From Eukaryota sp. GEM-RC1 (lineage: Eukaryota), in NCBI GenBank assembly GCA_040285855.1, contig JAUFOQ010000005.1, positions 2,294,001 to 2,358,000 on the forward strand: DNA of 64,000 bases, read 5' to 3'. The position numbers and the translations under genes are program-made. Of the stretch, positions 49,730-60,625 are shown one piece after another. The notes below the pieces were generated by a model, which saw nothing but the letters and a program-made list of their open reading frames with translations, searched no databases and was not told the origin of the DNA. How positions within the stretch are numbered: the first letter of the stretch is position 1; each line of letters begins with the position of its first letter.

Positions 49730-50266
49730 TCATCGTCGTCCTAACGCCTTTCTCTTTTGTTGTTCTTGTTTCTTCATTGAAATCTTGGGGGCGTCTCTTT
49801 TTGCTTTTTCTAGTAGAGAAAGTAAATGACCACGTGATCTCATCTCTTTATCCACAGATTTAGTAACAACTCTAGCTCCACCCCAAGCTTCTTTGCCTGG
49901 AATTACTGTACTAGAACCTTCTTTTCCAATGTCTTTTTGTTCAATGCGTACTAAAGAAGGCTCGGCGTCAGTTTCAGGCTTATTTGTTACTGTTTTCGAT
50001 TGGGAATCTAAATGGATCAATTCAGAGAAAACTCTTGACTTCAGATCAATCTTGAAAGGTTCAGGTAACTTTGGTTGTATAGGACCAGATGAACTTGATG
50101 ACACCTCTAAGCCAAAACAATCGAGATTTCTTGGTTTTTTAAAGGGTGGTGGGGCAATTGAGGAAGTTGAAGCAAGAAAAAGTGACTTTGGCAGAACTTC
50201 GGAAGAAGACAACGTAGTCTCTTCTTCAGATGAAGATGAAGAATCGTCATAGGGAACCAAAGACAT
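49730..50266 (-). CDS. PRCC-like protein (tentative)
   Basis: N-terminal MSLVPYDDSSSSSEEE and C-terminal RSRGHLLSLLEKAK...KRKALG resemble the conserved ends of PRCC. Confidence 0.5.
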   Translation of the reverse strand: MSLVPYDDSSSSSEEETTLSSSEVLPKSLFLASTSSIAPPPFKKPRNLDCFGLEVSSSSSGPIQPKLPEPFKIDLKSRVFSELIHLDSQSKTVTNKPETDAEPSLVRIEQKDIGKEGSSTVIPGKEAWGGARVVTKSVDKEMRSRGHLLSLLEKAKRDAPKISMKKQEQQKRKALGRR

Positions 50267-50339
50267 ACAGATCGGATTAGTGCATTGATGTGAGAGTTTA
50301 CACCTGCGAAGTTTAACCAAATCTCCTTCGTTTTTTTCC

Positions 50340-50915
50340 ATGGACGCATCTCAAAGTTTGGAATACACCAAAGGAACATCACCTGAGGACATTCTCTTTA
50401 AACTGGAACAGAAAATTGACACAATTGATTTATTGTTGAAAGCAGAAATTGAAACTACAAAAAAGCTAACAGATTCAAGTGATATCAAAAATAGAGTCGT
50501 TTCGAAAATACAGCACTTGAAAGAGCAACGAGAGCTGCTCAAACAAGAACACAAACTAATACTAACCAAACTGGAAGAAGAAAAGGAAAACCTTGTAGAT
50601 GACGATGACAGTGAACTGGATGAAGATGAGTTTTCAAGAAAGACCTATAGGGGATTTAGAGAGAGATCTTCATCCATTCATGATTTGGGAAGATTCACAG
50701 AAGACGTTGAACACTCAAAAGAATTGGAGAAGGAGATAGAGAGAGCAGAGAGAATGCTATCGTCAGTACCATCAAAACCCATTTCGAAGAGGGTGTATGG
50801 TGGTGAATTAGGTCGGGTGAGGATGGAGCGTGGAACACCTTCTATAATAACACGAAAACATCCAGATCAGTCAGTTATAGAAGAAGAAGCTCAAGGGATT
50901 GGTCATTTACAATAG
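50340..50915 (+). CDS. Hypothetical coiled-coil protein
   Basis: 191-aa ATG-initiated ORF rich in E, K and L. Confidence 0.7.
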   Translation: MDASQSLEYTKGTSPEDILFKLEQKIDTIDLLLKAEIETTKKLTDSSDIKNRVVSKIQHLKEQRELLKQEHKLILTKLEEEKENLVDDDDSELDEDEFSRKTYRGFRERSSSIHDLGRFTEDVEHSKELEKEIERAERMLSSVPSKPISKRVYGGELGRVRMERGTPSIITRKHPDQSVIEEEAQGIGHLQ

Positions 50916-51467
50916 TCAAATACCTGGATTCAGGTACTGTAATTGATTACCAATCACTTGTCTTTTGAATAAATATCGCATTATAGACACATCACATCAA
51001 TGGTCTTAGGTTCTATTTCTATTTGAATCGTAAAATTCTAAACACTGATAAGTGTTGAAGAAAGGAAATGGTTCTGTAGTTCAGTTTTGAATTTTTTAAA
51101 TCTTAAAAGGACGGGTTAAATAAGTGAAATTTTTTTCTAACTAGGTGAAAGTGGACACTACTTGCTAACCCATACATGAACTTTCGCTTTTAAACTCTGT
51201 ACATCGCTAGCAATGCTTGGCTCCATTGTAAACATACTCATAGACTCTTTCTTTGTAATCAATAAACCAGTAACACTGTTCTCGTCATCGTACTTCGGCA
51301 AAATGTCATCACTACACCTCTCGATTATACAGTTCCATTTTACATTGGAAATTTGGCTTGAGGTCAATAAGAGCTGTTTGTCTGAGTTCTTTTCGGCAGA
51401 GAGTTGAAGAATAGTAGTAAGTACTTTCTTGTTGATATCTAATTGTCCATAAAAACTGTATAAAAAC

Positions 51468-54240
51468 CATAGTTGTAAATCACAAAAATATTACTTTGTG
51501 ATTCCCTCACATCACAGCAATCACATCACATCCATCACATCACACGTGATTTGTGTGATTTATGTGATAGATTTCATCACAAGTTTACATAAAAGTACCA
51601 AATACAAGTCTTTATAAACATACATATTACAAAAAACCCCTATTTTGTTTGGGAAGCGGTAGTACACTATCTTCTTTCTCAACTAAAACAGCAGAACTTC
51701 TAACTTGTCCCCCCTGACATTCGTTAGGCTCTACGAAATCTACATCAATAACTTCCTCTATACATTCCTCATTCATACTGAGATCTAAATCAACTTCGTC
51801 AATTGTAGTGATATCAGTATCGGAGACGGGAACAATCAATGATTCGTTCAGCATCACTTGATCTGGTGCTGCAGTTAAAGCTAAAATCATTCTGTTCATC
51901 GTCATAATAGCAGGCTTCCTTTGGAGTAGTGGATAGTTGAATGCAATGGTTACAGAGTCATTCAGTAAGTCGGTACCCAGACGGCTTCTACGTTTTGGTA
52001 ACTGGTGGTCAAACGTAGACCAATTCCTTTCTGTAGAAGAAGCACTGGCAGCATTTTGAGTTATTCTGGCCGCAATTTTTGAGAGTAAAGGAAAAGAAGA
52101 TTGTCCGGTAGCAATCCACCATGTATGAGAAGCAATGTCATCAAGATCAGTAAACGAGTAACCGGACTCTATGTACTCAGTCAACTCTACTTTAAGCTGT
52201 TGTGCATGGTCAGCAAAATTTAGATCAAAGTACTGCTGGAGAATAAGCATCCGTTCTTGATCAGCAAACAGATGGACGTTTGCCGCATGTAATGAGGGAT
52301 TTAGGATTCGGGAGAAAAGCAGTCCAGGAGAAGAAATATAGTCCAATCGAAACTTAGCAATATCGTCTAAGATTTTGATGCGTTCGGCAATTTCGTGTTC
52401 GGTAAAAATTTCTTGGCCATACTCATCGTTAATGGACCTTGATGTGGAAAAAATACACTGTTCCATTTTGGATCGAGTCACTCCATATGCCCACAAAAAG
52501 AATGAAGAAAATCCAGATGCTGATTCATCGGACATTCGCAGTAAGCTCAACCATGGGGTTACTGCGGCAACAATTAGTTTCAAATGGGGCCAGAACAATT
52601 CATATTCTACTTCTCCTCGAATAATTCGAGATACTTGGGATAGAAGTGCTTTAATTTTAGAAGATTTGTTTCTGCTTATTCTTGATTTGAATTTCTGTGA
52701 GTCAACAACAGTCAGAAGTTCTTTTCTATTGTCAAGAAGATCTTGTAACATAAGCACCACATAAGCAAAACGTGTAATTGCGTATAAACGAAGTTCCTTT
52801 CCTCCTGCTTCGATATACCACGCTCTCGTCTGGGATTGATTTTTAAAGACTCTTTGTATGGGCTTCAAAACAACAAATATTTCCCAAATCCATGGAAGAT
52901 TTGAAAAGTCTTTCAATAGCAAAGAAATAGTGTGAGTTGTACACTTGCTGTGAAGACAACCAGGATGAGATCGCTGAAGTAGTTCATAGGCTTTGTTATT
53001 CACGTAGGCTCCATCTAAAGTAATCCAAACAATTGATGTCACATCAATTAGTTTTGTTGGATTCGTCAAATCACATTTTTCTGGTATTACGACAACACTT
53101 TGAGAGTTGAGTATCTGTGAAACCAATTCCAATCCTTTGGTGATTAAGGACAAAATGTAAACAGCGTCGGCTGATCCGTCCTCAAGTGGGATAGCGTCTA
53201 AAAAGAAACAATGCCCATTGCATAACAAAATAATATTGTGTTGTGGCTCAGTTTTGGTACTGTAGCCATCAATGGACAGTTCAAAGCCATATCTCTTAAT
53301 TGAAGGCAAAATCTTCTTCTGGACTTCCTCTTGAACTCTTTGAGCCACTTCTGGTATAAACTTGTCAGATACTTCATATCGGGAGGGGCCATTGTAATCC
53401 AGTGGAAGTTGCCCAGAAGCAGCATACATGATGATGGATGCAATCATGTCCTTAAATATGGTCTTGTCAACCGAATGAAGAGCTGTGGCTGTGGATGCCA
53501 AATAGAGGGAGATTTTTTTTCCTACGGCATCGGTAACCGATTCTAACGAGATGCTGTCTTTCAAAGTAGGCTGACGGTGGTGCGGAGGCGACTTGACAGA
53601 AGAAGCTTTTGGTGGACTTTTGACAATCGTGTCAATAAGCTTGACTTCTCTTTGGAAGGCTTCAGACTTGCAGCGTTCGACTTCTTTCTTCTTTGCATCA
53701 TAATCTAAAAGAGCAGAAAGTTCAACGGTGTTTCTTAGTTTAATACAAGACAGAACATGGTCTGCCTTCCACCTTGTACAGTAAGTGGATTTTCTAATGG
53801 TTCCGCATGCCATGCAACCAAAATCGCCTTTCTGTCTTTCGAAATTGCGCACTTTCGTGAACAACCATATAGGATTGTCTGAAGTGGTTGTTCGTAAGTG
53901 AAAATTGTCAGGAAGGACAGCGTTAAGACTTGCTGAAGTTGACATTTGTGAGAAATTCTAGAGAATGGATGAAAACAAATGTTCTAAAACAAAGAATGCA
54001 CTTACTGCTACCTGAATATGTATTAATATTATTATTCATTTTGCAATATCTATTGTTACTAGGAACTGTACAGGACTACAGTTTGTCATCACAACACAAA
54101 GTACACGTGATGCAATCACATCACACCAGTCACATCACAAATCACAAAATCTCATCACAAACGCTGTATTTGTGATTCACTCACATCACACCAATCACAT
54201 CACAAAATCACATCACAAAAATTTGTGATTTGCAACTATG
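51468..54240 (-). mobile_element. Full-length autonomous hAT DNA transposon
   Basis: 19-bp TIR CATAGTTG(T/C)AAATCACAAA, perfect 8-bp TSD ATAAAAAC, subterminal tcacatcaca arrays, intact transposase ORF. Confidence 0.97.
51627..53945 (-). CDS. hAT transposase
   Basis: BED-like finger (IWLF..CMAC..HVLSC), catalytic D (SIDGY), D (TLDGA), CTTH motif, TRF, WW, and the dimerisation region SASSTERNWSTF...RRSRL carrying the catalytic E. Confidence 0.95.
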   Translation of the reverse strand: MSTSASLNAVLPDNFHLRTTTSDNPIWLFTKVRNFERQKGDFGCMACGTIRKSTYCTRWKADHVLSCIKLRNTVELSALLDYDAKKKEVERCKSEAFQREVKLIDTIVKSPPKASSVKSPPHHRQPTLKDSISLESVTDAVGKKISLYLASTATALHSVDKTIFKDMIASIIMYAASGQLPLDYNGPSRYEVSDKFIPEVAQRVQEEVQKKILPSIKRYGFELSIDGYSTKTEPQHNIILLCNGHCFFLDAIPLEDGSADAVYILSLITKGLELVSQILNSQSVVVIPEKCDLTNPTKLIDVTSIVWITLDGAYVNNKAYELLQRSHPGCLHSKCTTHTISLLLKDFSNLPWIWEIFVVLKPIQRVFKNQSQTRAWYIEAGGKELRLYAITRFAYVVLMLQDLLDNRKELLTVVDSQKFKSRISRNKSSKIKALLSQVSRIIRGEVEYELFWPHLKLIVAAVTPWLSLLRMSDESASGFSSFFLWAYGVTRSKMEQCIFSTSRSINDEYGQEIFTEHEIAERIKILDDIAKFRLDYISSPGLLFSRILNPSLHAANVHLFADQERMLILQQYFDLNFADHAQQLKVELTEYIESGYSFTDLDDIASHTWWIATGQSSFPLLSKIAARITQNAASASSTERNWSTFDHQLPKRRSRLGTDLLNDSVTIAFNYPLLQRKPAIMTMNRMILALTAAPDQVMLNESLIVPVSDTDITTIDEVDLDLSMNEECIEEVIDVDFVEPNECQGGQVRSSAVLVEKEDSVLPLPKQNRGFL

Positions 54241-54337
54241 ATAAAAACTGTGGTACTGTTGACCAGGAATTTCCGGTGTCTAGTGTTTCATAGCTTTTAT
54301 TATAATATGTATTTTGTACCCTCCATCAATAAACTGT
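54241..54337 (+). mobile_element. Very short 3' end of CRE-like subfamily B that received the hAT insertion
   Basis: Matches the reverse complement of 24017-24115 (YKNCGTVDQEF-VSSVS* plus UTR). Confidence 0.85.
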
Positions 54338-54371
54338 TTTTATAGAAAACATTTACAATTAATTGTTAAAT

Positions 54372-54841
54372 TAGTGATGGGGAAAAGACCGGACCAACCG
54401 ACCAGAATACATACATCTAAAGTATGGTGTGTCGTCGGATGATCTCTTCTCTGGTCTGGTCTATGGTCTATTCATGTTTGTTTTACTTTTACGAATACAT
54501 CACTAAAAAACATAACATATGTTTTCCGCTTCCACTTCAGTACTTCCATTTTCAGATTCTGAAAACTCATCAATACCTAGGAGATAATCCATTAGAGTAT
54601 ATATTAGCTGGTTTTGCCATAAGATACCACAACTTCCTTTTCACACATAATGCCAGGCCCAGTTATATAGAGGTGTCTACATAGAGTTGTATATAGAGGC
54701 TTCTGCAGCAAAAAGGAGAAGAAATAATGGTCAGACGAGGAACTAATCAGATACACTGGTGTTTTCTTAAATGTCTGGTCTGTAGTCCGTTGAATTTGAC
54801 TTGGTCTGTAAGTCTAAAGATCCGACCTTTGCCCATCACTA
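54372..54841. mobile_element. hAT-type MITE
   Basis: TIR TAGTGATGGG/CCCATCACTA with gacc/ggtc subterminal motifs. A second copy starts at 3734. No clear TSD. Confidence 0.75.
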
Positions 54842-54941
54842 TTCTAATCTTAAATTCATTCTTTGAAGTTCATAATTGGACTCATTCTATAATTGGACTC
54901 TCAATCAGTTATTGAAAACCAACGCATGGATAGGATTACAG

Positions 54942-55099
54942 TAGAGCTGTCAACAGCTTGAGCTATATGGTTTGACTTGGAAAATTCGAAACTGATTTGT
55001 CTTTGGCTTGAGTCATTTGAGTAAGCCAAGCCAAATTTGGATATGACTTGGCTCAAGTCGGTCGGCTTATGGCTTGAACCAAGCCGTTTGACAACTCTA
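54942..55099. mobile_element. 158-bp hAT-type mini-MITE
   Basis: 12-bp TIR TAGAG(C/T)TGTCAA, 8-bp TSD GATTACAG/GGTTACAG with one mismatch, ggcttg/caagcc repeats. Confidence 0.8.
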
Positions 55100-55280
55100 G
55101 GTTACAGTAGATATACATGTAAAACAGGAATTTGAAAAAATAACTTTAATACAAAATACACGAAATGGAACATTGAAAAACAGTAGAATAAAACAAATTT
55201 GAAAAAATATGTAAGTCCGTAGACACCAGAAATTGAGAAAAATGACAATATATTATATTTCAGTTACAACATAAGTATCA

Positions 55281-57320
55281 TCACCTCAGTCGAGAAAAAA
55301 TTCGAGCTTCTAAATCATTGATTTCACTTGTAAAATCCATCAAGTGATAGTGATTATGAACCTGCCTATATGATGGGGGTTTAAAAACTGATTGATTACT
55401 GATTGACCGTGACATGAATGGAGAATCAGACGGACTTTCAAACAAATTTGAAAAGTTCAGATTTTTTGATGAATTCGATGACTTTGGAATGAACATAGAT
55501 TTACTGTTCTCTAATATTTTAAATTTTTCTTCCCAATGATGAAAGAAAGATCGAATGACTTTCTGTTTTTTAACAGATTTAAACCAATATAAATCTCGAA
55601 ACAAATTAGTTTGAAAATTCCAATACGTAAGAGATTTTCGAAGATTGATTGGAACAATCACGGTGGAGTGAAACTTGTCAGCGTTTGATTCCAATTCAGA
55701 ATTTTCAACATGTTGATCTACCCAAAATTGTAAAAATAGAGCTTGTTTTCTTAAATTTGAAGCCTTTTGAAACATTAAAATTTTCATGACAGAGAAAATC
55801 TTCTTTTTAGTAGTCAACTCATACGTTTTTAAAGAGAAATGAAGATAAAACCAATTAGAAAAGAGTGATCGTAAAACTGATTGATTACGACGGTGATTGA
55901 ATTGATAGGATGATTGGACATACTCTTTTTGTTGTTGGGCAAGAAAATTCCAATATTTGAAATATCTGAGAAAAATCGATGTTTGGGCATTTTTCAAAAC
56001 AATAGAATCATTAAACTGCTGAGCTGAAGACTGTAGGGACTGGAAATTTTGAAATTTTGAAAGCATTGTCTTGAACGATGAAGACAAAAGTTTGCAATTG
56101 TAATAATTTTGAGCAAGATTTAAATATTTGATTCGGTGTTCGTAATTAAATTTCAATGTCAGAAACAACGTGGCTTTTTGATTTTCTTGTTGAATTTCCA
56201 TAAAACAATTCAAACTATTTAAAAGCCGAGAAAATTTGAGCCATGCAGAAAATGAATTGCCTAATAGAGAATTGTTACATCTTTTTTGAAATTGAATGAC
56301 AAGTTCATCAAAATTCGTTGACAACTGACACGTATCGAGACTATCAACGAAATTATGAGATTTTTTAAAAGTTCTGGATTTAAACCCCTCATCTGACATT
56401 TCGATAATTTGAGAAGTTAAAAAGTGATCAATATTTTCAATATTTTCGGAATAATTCAATACAGGATCAGGTCCATCTGATTGTTGAGTGCCACACTGAC
56501 TGTCAATCATTTTTGATTGTTGGCTGGAAGGTGAGCAAGAAATTCTGGTGACGTTGTCAATGGTCCTCAAATTAGATAACTTGCCCAAAATGTCCGCAAT
56601 CAAGTTGTTCTGATTGGTGATAACAGTCGAAAGGGTTTTTGACCATGCGTTTGCATGTCGTTGAAGTATTGTTTTACAATTTGATTTTTTGTAAAAATGG
56701 AGAAATTTTAAAAATTGGTAGTCAGGATTATTGAACTTATCAAGAGGAGAATCAGGACCAAACTTGTCAAAAATATCAAAAATAAACAAAATCTTCAGGC
56801 TGTGATCAAAATTCATTCCAATTTCATTAAATACTCGTTGCTTTTTCAAAATTTCAAACAATCTAAAAATAACAACAGAATTGGAATCCATGATCCCAAC
56901 CAAGGAAATTTCCTTTAGAAGAACCTTATCAGTGAGGGCAACGTCAGCATGAGTAACGTCATAAGAGTCAAAGAAAGTCAAGGAAGGGATCATTTGAATC
57001 ACTTTAGCACGATAGTTGATTGTTTTGCAAACAGGATTGAACTCGAGATTTAGGACTTTGAGAGTGGCCCTTAGAGATTTGAGTGGTTCTAAAGACGAAA
57101 TTTCAGTGATGTTGTTGTTGGCAAGTGATAGAACCCGCAGAGACTTAAATTGGGTAATGTTAGCGAGATTTGAAATCTGATTGCTGCTCATAAAGAGAGT
57201 GGAAACGGAAGAGAACTTTGGAGGTAGAAGATCTATATCAGTGACATCACGGTCTACCAGAGAAAGCCGTTGTAAGCCATTCTTGTTGACAGAGGTGGAT
57301 ACAAGAACAGACAGCTTCAT
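55281..57320 (-). CDS. Leucine-rich-repeat protein with C-terminal Sfi1-like F-x-x-W repeats
   Basis: SDS22-type LRRs (LFMSSNQI, LSLANNNI, LNLEFNPV) and LRR cap YRAKVIQMIPSLTFFD. Periodic SFSAW, YFKYW, LFSNW, SLTYW, FFHHW. Confidence 0.75.
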   Translation of the reverse strand: MKLSVLVSTSVNKNGLQRLSLVDRDVTDIDLLPPKFSSVSTLFMSSNQISNLANITQFKSLRVLSLANNNITEISSLEPLKSLRATLKVLNLEFNPVCKTINYRAKVIQMIPSLTFFDSYDVTHADVALTDKVLLKEISLVGIMDSNSVVIFRLFEILKKQRVFNEIGMNFDHSLKILFIFDIFDKFGPDSPLDKFNNPDYQFLKFLHFYKKSNCKTILQRHANAWSKTLSTVITNQNNLIADILGKLSNLRTIDNVTRISCSPSSQQSKMIDSQCGTQQSDGPDPVLNYSENIENIDHFLTSQIIEMSDEGFKSRTFKKSHNFVDSLDTCQLSTNFDELVIQFQKRCNNSLLGNSFSAWLKFSRLLNSLNCFMEIQQENQKATLFLTLKFNYEHRIKYLNLAQNYYNCKLLSSSFKTMLSKFQNFQSLQSSAQQFNDSIVLKNAQTSIFLRYFKYWNFLAQQQKEYVQSSYQFNHRRNQSVLRSLFSNWFYLHFSLKTYELTTKKKIFSVMKILMFQKASNLRKQALFLQFWVDQHVENSELESNADKFHSTVIVPINLRKSLTYWNFQTNLFRDLYWFKSVKKQKVIRSFFHHWEEKFKILENSKSMFIPKSSNSSKNLNFSNLFESPSDSPFMSRSISNQSVFKPPSYRQVHNHYHLMDFTSEINDLEARIFSRLR

Positions 57321-57351
57321 TGAGATGAAGTTCTATAATTTTAGTCTCATC

Positions 57352-58191
57352 ATGCAAACTGAATCTCTGCATGACGCCAAAACTAGGGCAATGCGTGAAC
57401 ACAAACTTATGTGTCTAGTCTTCCTGTCTACACTCCACCCCGATTACAGTTACTTCAAATCTACTTTATTCTCGATATTCCAACGACTTGACGACTACTT
57501 TGTCTGCTGGTATGGGGTGGTAAACAATAGGAAAAACCAGGACGCCGTCCTTTATCAGTCCAAGTACAACGTCGCTTCTTTCCCTTTTTGCGTTGTTATA
57601 GATCCACACACAATGAAGCCTTTTGATTCTATTCCTCTCAGCAGTCAACTGTACAAACCTGATGACACTACTCTTCTAACAAAGCTCCGCATGATCGCTA
57701 ATGCATATCAACAGTACCTTCTGGAATCAAGGCAGCAATCAGAAAGAAAATCACAAGAAGAACAGCTCAAGAGATCCCAGGAGCAGGCTTTTATTGAAGC
57801 GGAGGCCCTTGCCAAGAAGAAGAGGGATGATGAAGCGGAGGCTGAGAAGAAACGTCTGGACAACCTACGGTCTCAAGAGGATTATAATAAAAAGTTGAAC
57901 GAAAGAAGGAGAAGGAAAGCTCAAGTAGAGGGGACTCCAATCGATAAAGAGAGTGGATCTTTAAAGGTCGGGATCAGACTACCTTCGGGAAAGAGGTTGG
58001 ACAAGGAAGTGAACAGAGATGTCGTGCTGTCTTATCTGTATGATTGTGTGTCTGACGAAGCTAATTTGGATGTTGATAACATCATCTTAATCACAAACTT
58101 TCCTAGGATGGAATTTCCTGAATCAGAAACTCCTCTTAGTCAATTTCAGTTCAAAGACCGAGTATTGTTCTTTGTGGAGTATAAAGCATGA
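57352..58191 (+). CDS. UBX domain protein with UAS/thioredoxin-like domain and coiled coil (FAF2-like p97 adaptor)
   Basis: YNVASFPFCVVI, QLKRSQEQAF, and UBX motifs IRLPSGKRL and LITNFPR. Confidence 0.85.
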   Translation: MQTESLHDAKTRAMREHKLMCLVFLSTLHPDYSYFKSTLFSIFQRLDDYFVCWYGVVNNRKNQDAVLYQSKYNVASFPFCVVIDPHTMKPFDSIPLSSQLYKPDDTTLLTKLRMIANAYQQYLLESRQQSERKSQEEQLKRSQEQAFIEAEALAKKKRDDEAEAEKKRLDNLRSQEDYNKKLNERRRRKAQVEGTPIDKESGSLKVGIRLPSGKRLDKEVNRDVVLSYLYDCVSDEANLDVDNIILITNFPRMEFPESETPLSQFQFKDRVLFFVEYKA

Positions 58192-58353
58192 TTACAACTA
58201 CTAGTAGAAGTGAGTATATAAAGAGTTCAAACTGATTTGATGATAAACAAATAAAAGAAAGGGTTTAACTACAGTACTGGTAACATAAACGACCAAATCA
58301 ACAAAAAAGTTCTACTAATAGTCCTTCGACATCAATTAAAATACAAAAAGGAT

Positions 58354-58889
58354 TCAACTACTTAGTGAGCAGAGTTCCAAAAGCTCGCTATCATTGAGAT
58401 ACTTGTAATACGAACTAAACTGAAACTTTGAAGAGTCATCCTGCGTGTTTCCAAAAGTGTTTGAAATCAGGGACTGTACCAGGGAAAGAAGGTCAGAATT
58501 GATTGAACAAGATTTGTCAAAGAGTTCTGGTATGTCAATGGAAAAGTTAACAACATAAGAAGATGCTGATGTGAAAAGAATTGCGATGAGTGGATCTTCT
58601 TTGGAAAAGAAATCTGAATTTGAAGAGAGAAACGATTGCAGAAGAGATGAATTGTTTGTTACAAATGACACATCAAGAAGCAGAATCGTAGCAAGAACAA
58701 AGCGTTGATTGAGAGGAGAAATGGGAAAAGAGAGATTTAGAAGCAGAGAAATATTGTGCTGAATAACAGTACGTCCTTCAATTAATGAAGATAGAGTAGG
58801 AGTGGATGGAATTACAAGCATCGTTGTTAATGGAGTCAATGTGGAGAAGTTGATTGACAAATTTCTTCTGAAAAGGAGTTCCTTGACAT
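58354..58889 (-). CDS. Hypothetical protein
   Basis: 168-aa ORF. The ATG at 58889 joins it if one base is missing in a homopolymer at about 58872. Confidence 0.5.
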
Positions 58890-58910
58890 CAACTCAACTC
58901 AACTCAAAAC

Positions 58911-59612
58911 ATGAAGAAGAAAGGTTCTGGAGCAGCATCTCCTGATCCAGTTTATCTTGACCCTACTACTGTCACCGATATTGATAGAATAAATGGCCTC
59001 GTTTTGCTCCCGTCTTCTGTTAATGTCTACACCAATATCCCGTCACTACTGGAACCCAAGGACCTATTACCCCTCCCTGCTTTCTGTACATTCTTCTCAC
59101 AGTGGTTCCAATCTCTTACCAGAACCTTCTCATTAACTCCGCCCTTGGACACGTCACTTGCTTCAGAGATACACCAGTCCCTTGTAATTTTATCATCCAC
59201 TCTTCCACGTCTATTGAACTGTCCTTCCCGTTCTGATGTTGATTTTGATCTCTTACGAACCTCTTTCGAATCAATTGATCCTAAACTGATGACGTTTACG
59301 ATTGAGTTTTTAACTGACTATCTCTTCCATCATTTTCATCTGGTAAAGGCAAGTTGTCTCTCAAAGACTCTGTCTGATCCATTACGTCAATCAATTCTGA
59401 TTCCTTCCGTTCCTGTTTTAAACCCTCTTAATCTTGCTACTCATACACTTGAACCTCTAGATAAGTTAGGAGATGTCTGTACTAAGGAACATGAGGTTGT
59501 TATTCGTAAACATATCAAGGATTTGTTTTCAACCCTCAAGGATTCTACGATTAATGAAATAACTTCAAAAATTAAAAATTTGGGACTTGAATTAAAAGAA
59601 GTCAATGTTTAA
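58911..59612 (+). CDS. Hypothetical protein
   Basis: 233-aa ATG-initiated ORF followed by an AT-rich UTR. Confidence 0.7.
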   Translation: MKKKGSGAASPDPVYLDPTTVTDIDRINGLVLLPSSVNVYTNIPSLLEPKDLLPLPAFCTFFSQWFQSLTRTFSLTPPLDTSLASEIHQSLVILSSTLPRLLNCPSRSDVDFDLLRTSFESIDPKLMTFTIEFLTDYLFHHFHLVKASCLSKTLSDPLRQSILIPSVPVLNPLNLATHTLEPLDKLGDVCTKEHEVVIRKHIKDLFSTLKDSTINEITSKIKNLGLELKEVNV

Positions 59613-60064
59613 GCAGAGTTTTTCTGTTGATTTCTTTTATTTTTCTTTATCTCACTTTTTCTTTTTATTTGTGTATTTTATTATTTTCGTCAAAGATATT
59701 TTCGTCATTTTTGTTTAATTTTTTAACAATACTGTGAATCTTCTTGTATTTTAAAAAAGAATCATTTTTATTGTATTTGTTTTTTAGTAAATTTCCCAGA
59801 TTCACACCTTTCAAGAAGTTTCATTCTGATTAATACCTGATTAATACCTGATTAATTTTGATACCTGTTTGAGTTATCTCTTTCTATAAACACTTTGATT
59901 AATCACCACTTATTAAATACATGTTGAAGAACAAAAACAACGAACAGTTTTATTAAAAGCAAAGTTAACATCAGTAAATAATCGGCGAGATTAATTAATT
60001 ATTATGTACAAACCGTGAAAAACTATTGAAATTCAACATAGAACCCTTCAAAAATCTGTCAAGA

Positions 60065-60625
60065 CTAAAGTCGAAACGGTTGCTCTCCAAAACTGTCATC
60101 AATGTCACTGCCACGTCTTCTCCTCATGGTAGGAACTTGTGGCCGTACATCCACATCAGGCTGATGTCCAGTCATTGGAGTCAACGGGATTCCTTCATCA
60201 TCGTCATCATGAGAGTCAGACACACGTTGATAATTAGAGCGAAAACTAAGTGCAATGCGTTTAAAGAAACGTTTCGTGGCTTGGCCTATAGCAGACAGCT
60301 TCGGACCCAGAGAAGTTCCAGGGAGACGTTCTCTTACTGCTTGTGTCACTTCAGGGGTATCTGGAGTGGTAAATCCAAGGGATTCATGTACAATTTGACG
60401 TTGAAGAGAACGAGCTAGAGCTTCATCACGTTGGACTTGGTGAAACTCATCTGGTCTGGTGGGAAAAACTTCATCTGAGAAAGAATCATCAACAATTTGC
60501 AACAGAGCAACTGCTGCTAGTTCAGAATTGCCGTTGCATTGATGATAAATGTTGACTATGACATCTTTGTCTACAGAAGGAAAGATTTCTGTAAGAGACT
60601 GTATTGCGAGAGTTGATGAAGACAT
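60065..60625 (-). CDS. CUE domain ubiquitin-binding protein with UIM-like motif
   Basis: LTEIFPSVDKDVIVNIY..CNGNSELAAVALL (CUE) and QVQRDEALARSLQ. Confidence 0.8.
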   Translation of the reverse strand: MSSSTLAIQSLTEIFPSVDKDVIVNIYHQCNGNSELAAVALLQIVDDSFSDEVFPTRPDEFHQVQRDEALARSLQRQIVHESLGFTTPDTPEVTQAVRERLPGTSLGPKLSAIGQATKRFFKRIALSFRSNYQRVSDSHDDDDEGIPLTPMTGHQPDVDVRPQVPTMRRRRGSDIDDSFGEQPFRL

